DNA of 53,415 nucleotides, counting the filler, from Sphacelaria rigidula (taxonomy: Eukaryota), in NCBI GenBank assembly GCA_964200075.2. It is 4 parts of 4 records of this genome, joined end to end, with 100 filler letters (N's around TTAATTAATTAA, not from the genome) between each part and the next. Parts side by side here need not be neighbours in the genome. Positions count along the whole stretch, not along the records: positions 40,139 to 53,415 come from CAXNAA020003003.1; 3 more parts are not named here. The stretch is one strand, 5' to 3'. The stretch's first letter is position 1. Each line of letters starts with the position of its first letter. The notes beneath the pieces were generated by a model. The model saw only the letters and a list, made by a program, of their open reading frames with translations, made no database searches and was not told where the DNA came from. Positions 47,800-53,415 of this stretch are shown here, in pieces. A program made the position numbers and the translations under genes.

Positions 47800-50700
47800 G
47801 GTTGATACGTGCGTAGTTGGACGTTATCGTATCGGATGACGTTGATACATCGGTAGATGTGTACGTAAGCTCGCTGAAGTTGAGCCTAGATGTCTGAGTT
47901 GAGTTAGCGGATTTGAGTTATGACTTGGATGGAGTTATATTTTGGGTTTGGGCGTGATGGATTCCCCCCAAGGGAGCCCCCTGTTCGCACTCTCTCACTG
48001 TGCCAAGGCCTCAACTGTAGCAAAGGAATAACCAACACTTCGACAGCGTCTGATAGACTTCAACTACCCTCGTTCTGCGGAGATTGAGCCTCAGGATCGA
48101 AGGAGACTATACGCAAGTCTTCCCTGAGTGTACTATACATATTTTGTTCTGCATACTTATCTATTTGTATCCATCGGTTATATTGTCCGCAGCTGAGCTT
48201 ACAACCAACTGTAGCAAGCACCGCAATCGAAAGGTCAATTGATCCTTTGGGCATCCGACATGACCACCCTGCGTCAAGCAGCTACGGTGACAATCCAACT
48301 CCCCATTTGACATCTGTCAAACTATGTAACCTGAATGGAACGCCCACAGAAAGTGGCTGTTATTATGTATATCTGGATCCAGATTGGTCCCCACTTGAGA
48401 TTTTGATAGAAGCAGGTGATTCCATTATTCCTCTCCGGTATACCGGTTTGGAAGGACAGATGTTGCATCCGAACACCACTCTAGGCTCTGCGGGGGCACC
48501 TTTGGTACCATGCTCTCTGGAGGACGTTGAAATTTTCTGAAACAAAGGATCCGAAACCCGAAGAGATATTCACGGTAAACCAAAATTTAGAAGAATCTCC
48601 AGTCTTGGCAGGCTTGAACGACAAACAACAAGCATTCATGGATACGGGGGGAAAAATCCCCACACATATGAGAAAGGTGTAGATTGGACGGTTGAGGACG
48701 TTGGAAACTTGAGGGAACTGTTGCGCAAATATTCACATCGATTTTCAAAAGACAAGATGGATTTGGGGTATTGCATAGTGGATCCGTTTAAGGTTGAACT
48801 TAAACCGGGAACGAGGCCCGTTAAACAGCGCCCGTACCGTAAACACCCGGCAGTTCAAAAGAAAGCGCAAGTGGAAATTGATCACATGCTGACTGCACGC
48901 ATCTTGAGGAGATCCTATTCCAACTGGAGTAATACGCTTGTAGTGGTGAACAAAGCGGATGGATCCATTCGAACAATGATTCCGGTGTTGCCAATTCCCA
49001 TTATTGAGGAACTTTTGGATGAACTGGGGGGTGCCAAAATATTCTCATATTTGGTCATCACCTCAGGGTATTTTAACGTGCCTATACATCAAGACTGGAT
49101 TCCGCTGACGGCAATTTGCACGCAAAGTGGTCTATACGAATGCTTAGTTATGCCGATGGGATGCAGTGGAAGTCCAGGTTGGTTTCAAGCGATTATGGCG
49201 AGAACATGTGATGGTTGGGAGCGATGTCGACTCTATATTGATGATGTTTGTACTTTCAGCGGAACAGGCAGGCAGCATGTAGAGGACTTGGAACGTCTTT
49301 TTTAACGCCTGACCAAGTACAACCTGAAGTTGGCACCGAAAAAGGCACATGTTGGGATGAAGGAAACGAAACGTTTGGGGCACCACATTTCCGCGGAGGG
49401 AATTTCTCCTGATCAGGACAAGGTACAGGCTTTGAAATAAATGTCAATGCCGTCTGATGCATCTCAGCTCAGATCATTGATGGGAGGGTTGGGATACTAC
49501 CGTAAATTTATTCCGCGAATGGCTGCGAGATTCAAACCTCTAACGCACTTGCTAAAGAAGGAGGTTAGTTTTGAGTTTACCCAAGAGCATGAATCTATCA
49601 CCAAGGACATGTTATCATCATCGACTGGGGAGAATGTTTTAGCTTTTCCAACCTACGAAAATGCAGCTTCAGGAAAACGACCGTTTATGCTCACCACGGA
49701 TGCATCACTTGATGGTCTGGGCGCGGTGGTGGAAAAAAAACGAGAAGATACCACGGTTCGACCTCGTGTTTTCCTAAGTAGAGAAACACTCCCCAACGAG
49801 AGGAATTGGGGTGCGTCCGAATGAAAAGCAACGGCTATTGTGTGGGCCATCAAGAAGAACAGACCACTTGTCTGTGGAATGCCGTTTGAAATTTACGCTG
49901 ATCATCAACCTTTGCGAAATGTTTTGAGCCTTGTAGAAAATGTTCCGAGGGTTCAGCGTTGGCATGACTGTTCAAGTGCGTACACCTATGAAATTTAGTA
50001 CAAGCCAGGACGTGTGAACGCGAATGCGGATATGTTGTCTCGTTTACTACAGTCACCGGATGACGATGATATATCTGGGGATGCCCGAATAACGGACCCG
50101 GGAGACATGGATGTCTATTTCATTGGCGCTGGTGGAATATGGCCGAGACTTGTGAAAAACTCGACCAAAGGTGGACACGTAGGATCGGTAGTAAGTATCC
50201 ACGATTGAAACTTGAATGGGCTGGGACCTGAGTTGGTTTTTAAAATTGGGGAAAAGGAAGTAAGTGCAGTACCGCTCACGACCTATGAACAAGCTAACCA
50301 AAGATGGAATGAGCAACAACAAGCGAAGGGCAGGGAAAATGCACGTGTGGGAGGAGAAAAAGCGGGCAAGTCTTCGTACGCGTTACCAGATGACTCAAGG
50401 TTAATTTTTCAAAAGATTGATAACATGGTCAGGGGACAATGGAATCAAGGGTTGATTTTGGAGGCATGTCCGATCACGGAAATAGGGAGGAGATTGCTAC
50501 AACCGCATGAACACAGAGCCGTGGCAGTAATTGAACCCACAACCGAGGTAGGAAGCAGTAGTGCGGGACCATTAACAACGATATCACCGACTCTGGAAGC
50601 AGAAAAAGCCTGTCATTTTGGGGAACGTTTATGTCAGAGATCGGCAAACGATTGGGCTCAAATACAGCAGGAAGATCTCACGTCGAGAACAGTCATCGAA

Positions 50701-53415
50701 TATTTGGAAACACGAGTGGCGGTGTTGACGAAGGATCAAGAAAAGGGGTTCCCACACGAACCGACCTACCCGAGTTCAAAAGATTACTGAAACAGGAAAC
50801 ACTTTTAGAAATATTGGACGGAGATTTATTGTCAGTAAAGAAGCAGACGCCAATGCCCAGTCAACTGGACCGAAACCCGGGAAAATTTGAGGGGTATTTG
50901 GGAGAAGAGCCAAGCAGAACGTATGTGCCTCTACTTTTGAGACCTTGGGTAATGGACCAAACTCACAAAGAAGCTATTCATTTGGGAGATAGTATCACGT
51001 TATCTTTGTTGAAACGGTATTACTGGTGGATTGGGATGAAGGACAGTGTCAAATTCTGGGTCAGGAGATACTACACATGTCAAGCTCGGAAAAATCCAAG
51101 AGACACAGTAAGGTGGTCACTTATTTCCTTACAACTGCCGAGTCAACCAGGGCAGATGGTGTCGTTTGATTTGTCGGGTCCGCTACCCAAATCAACGAAA
51201 GGACATTACATACTTTTGATGGTGGATCTTCTTAGTAGGCATGCAGAAGCATATGCCCTTACTAAAGAAGAGAAAACAGCGGAAGGTTGTGCAAACATTC
51301 GAGTGCACGACTATATTCCAAGATAGGGATGTCCTCACACGTTATTGTCGGATCGAGGAACGGAGTTTACAGCAAAAGTAGCAAGAATTGTCTATGAGAT
51401 GTTGGGAGCCGTGAAACGATACACGAGTGCGTATCATCCGCAAACGAACGGGGTGGTAGAGCGACTAAGCCACACGTTATGTCAAATGTTGTCGTATTTG
51501 GTGGCTGATGACCAGAAAAATTGAGATAAGCTATTACTACACGCAATTTCCGCGCATAACAACAATGTAAGCAGAGGGATCGGCCTAGCACCGAATGAGG
51601 TTCACATTGGGAGATATCCAAGGTTACCCACGGCCATCCTTGAGAGAAGAGGTGTGTATGGACATCAAGGGTTGAAGGCTGATCAACTGGCATATTCACA
51701 ACTGATGAAGGATGATCGCCAAATTAAAGCTTACGATCTCGTGAAACAAGAGGACTACTTGATCAAATCCAAACATGAGTCGAATAACGAGAAGGTGGAA
51801 GGAGCTCTAAATCGAAGGCCGAAGTGGGAAGTAGGCAATTGGGTATTTGTCTATGATGCAAAAGGTACCATTATGTCGGGGGGAAATGCGGTAAGGGAAG
51901 GGGGAAAACAGTTCGATCGTCTAAACTATCTCATTCCTGGAGAGGGCCATATAAAATCTTGGTGGTAGGACCAGGTATTTCGGACAAAGGAGAAATCGTG
52001 GGAGAATCACTACTGTTGCTTGAGCTGAGGAAAAAAGAGCCTGGAGCAATCATGAGTCCCCGAGTGTCTGTGTTGAGATGTAAGCGGTGCTTTAATCCAA
52101 GAGATTAATCGGAACCGCCGAAATCTCTACCCTGGGGTTTAAGTCAGTAAATTATGTGTTGAATCAATATTCGGAACTATCACCTCCGTTACATTTAACC
52201 GAGGAGGATGTGTCGATACAGCTGGACACATATAGGCTAAAGTCCACGAAGATTGTGAGTCCTCGTTCATCACGTGGTTTGGGTGGAAAACTCTCAGTTC
52301 AATATTCATTACATTGGGAGAATCTGGAAAGGCCCAGGTGGGAGCACGAGGAGGACTTGAAACAATATGGCCGGGTAATTTTAACATACTGGATGGGGAA
52401 CCCTAGTATGGAAAAGCTGGAAAATGCGAAGTATCGGAAGTACCGAGGAGCAATGCTACGGTAGGGGTGCACGTTTTTCGCGAAATTTTGTCTGGTTCAG
52501 GGGCTCCTAACAATTCTAATCTCAGAAATTATTTCTCTACCCCTACCGTAGCATAACTCCGAGTGAATTTGGTGAGACGGGCGGAGGCTCGGAAAAGAGG
52601 TGAAATGTTTGTGGCTCAAGGCTATGAACTGAGGAGCAATGTCACCGCTGGTCCTCACATCTATGACCCACAACTTGTCGGCTGTTATATATACTAATTG
52701 ACGCAGACGAGAGGTTAGCAATTGGCCCAGGTGATGGGTCTTCAGGAAGATGCGGCTCTGCAAAGACGACCGCATACCCTGAAGATGTTATCGGCAGGAG
52801 GTATAATGCTCATATTACAGAGGAAAATTTGAACACCTCTCGGAATCAAGTGGGGGATTGGTGCTGGCACTACCATGTGCAGAAGAGAACTTCAAAATTC
52901 TTTGCGCACACGTTATAGCTGGAGCCTTTGGAGGAAAACCACGACCATCATCGGATCTGAAAACGGGCATCAGAAAATATAGATGACTGGGATGCTTCGG
53001 CATCGGTACATGACGACGAGACGAAGACGAAGCTGCGCCAGGAGTACGATGAAATGGCGAGACTAATTCTCTTATCTTAGCTTGAATGTTTTCTCTGTTT
53101 TCCCTTGGGGTTGACTGTTGTAACAACTGTGTAGGTTGAACATAGGCAGCAATTTCAATGAATAGAGCCGATTGGTGAAGTGTAAGGTACGAGGAGGAAT
53201 GTAGTCATGGTTTTGAGTCTTTCTGTAGATTGCGCTGTGTCCGGGGCGCTTCCAATTTCAATTTATTTTGGTGTTTGGAACGTTGCCTTCTCGGATTACG
53301 GCGATGAACCCGGAGTGGTCTCGGCTGGGCCCTCTACTCTAATATGAAGGTGTGCTCGTGACCTATTTTGAATTTAGACGTGGTGTTTATCTCCTTACGG
53401 TAGGTAGTGGAGGAA
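47800..53415 (+). mobile_element. Ty3/gypsy LTR retrotransposon pol pseudogene (RT, RNase H, integrase, chromodomain-like region), with a possible 3' LTR start at 53200
   Basis: RT 'PVKQRPYR...MPMGCSGSP...LYIDD' (48709-49305), RNase H 'LTTDASLDGLGAV' (49441-49824), integrase 'THKEAIHLG...YYWWIGM...CQARK...VSFD', 'SDRGTEF', 'AYHPQTNGVVER', and chromodomain-like 'VQYSLHWENLERPRWEHEEDL' (52156-52464). A purine run GAGGAGGAA precedes TGTAG at 53200. Many stops; 5' boundary approximate. Confidence 0.95.
52448..52559. mobile_element. Sola2-like MITE (112-bp deletion derivative) inserted into the gypsy ORF
   Basis: GAGCAATGCTACGGTAGGGGT...ACCCCTACCGTAGCATAACTC with a perfect CGAG duplication (52444-52447 and 52560-52563). 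Removing it restores the frame KYRKYR-VNLVRRAEARKRGEMFVAQGYEL. Confidence 0.9.

Overview
Eukaryotic, transposon-dense DNA; gene and repeat style suggest a brown alga or related stramenopile (inference). The window is not one locus. It consists of four pieces of 13280, 13279, 13279 and 13277 bp joined by identical 100-nt spacers (44 N + TTAATTAATTAA + 44 N), i.e. size-sorted, unrelated contigs. Piece 1 holds a decayed LINE 3' end, a foldback MITE, a probable decayed piggyBac-like transposase and the 5' half of a Ty1/copia element. Piece 2 holds the last 7 exons of the only clear host gene: a chromatin protein with an MBD9/WSD-like helical domain, RanBP2-type zinc finger, bromodomain and PHD finger. 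Its introns are full of LINE 3'-end fragments and small elements. Piece 3 holds a probable decayed hAT transposase, MITEs, an internally deleted minus-strand Ty3/gypsy element and minisatellites. Piece 4 holds MITEs, a ~400-bp tandem repeat and a pseudogenised Ty3/gypsy pol with a chromodomain-like region. I found no rRNA, tRNA or CRISPR array, and nothing I can firmly call a new biological system. The best leads are a LINE family apparently associated with C-run/(AC)n sites, a Sola2-like MITE family with a reconstructable empty site, the domain order of the host chromatin gene, and an extra region after the gypsy chromodomain. All family assignments were made by eye from motifs; no searches were run.
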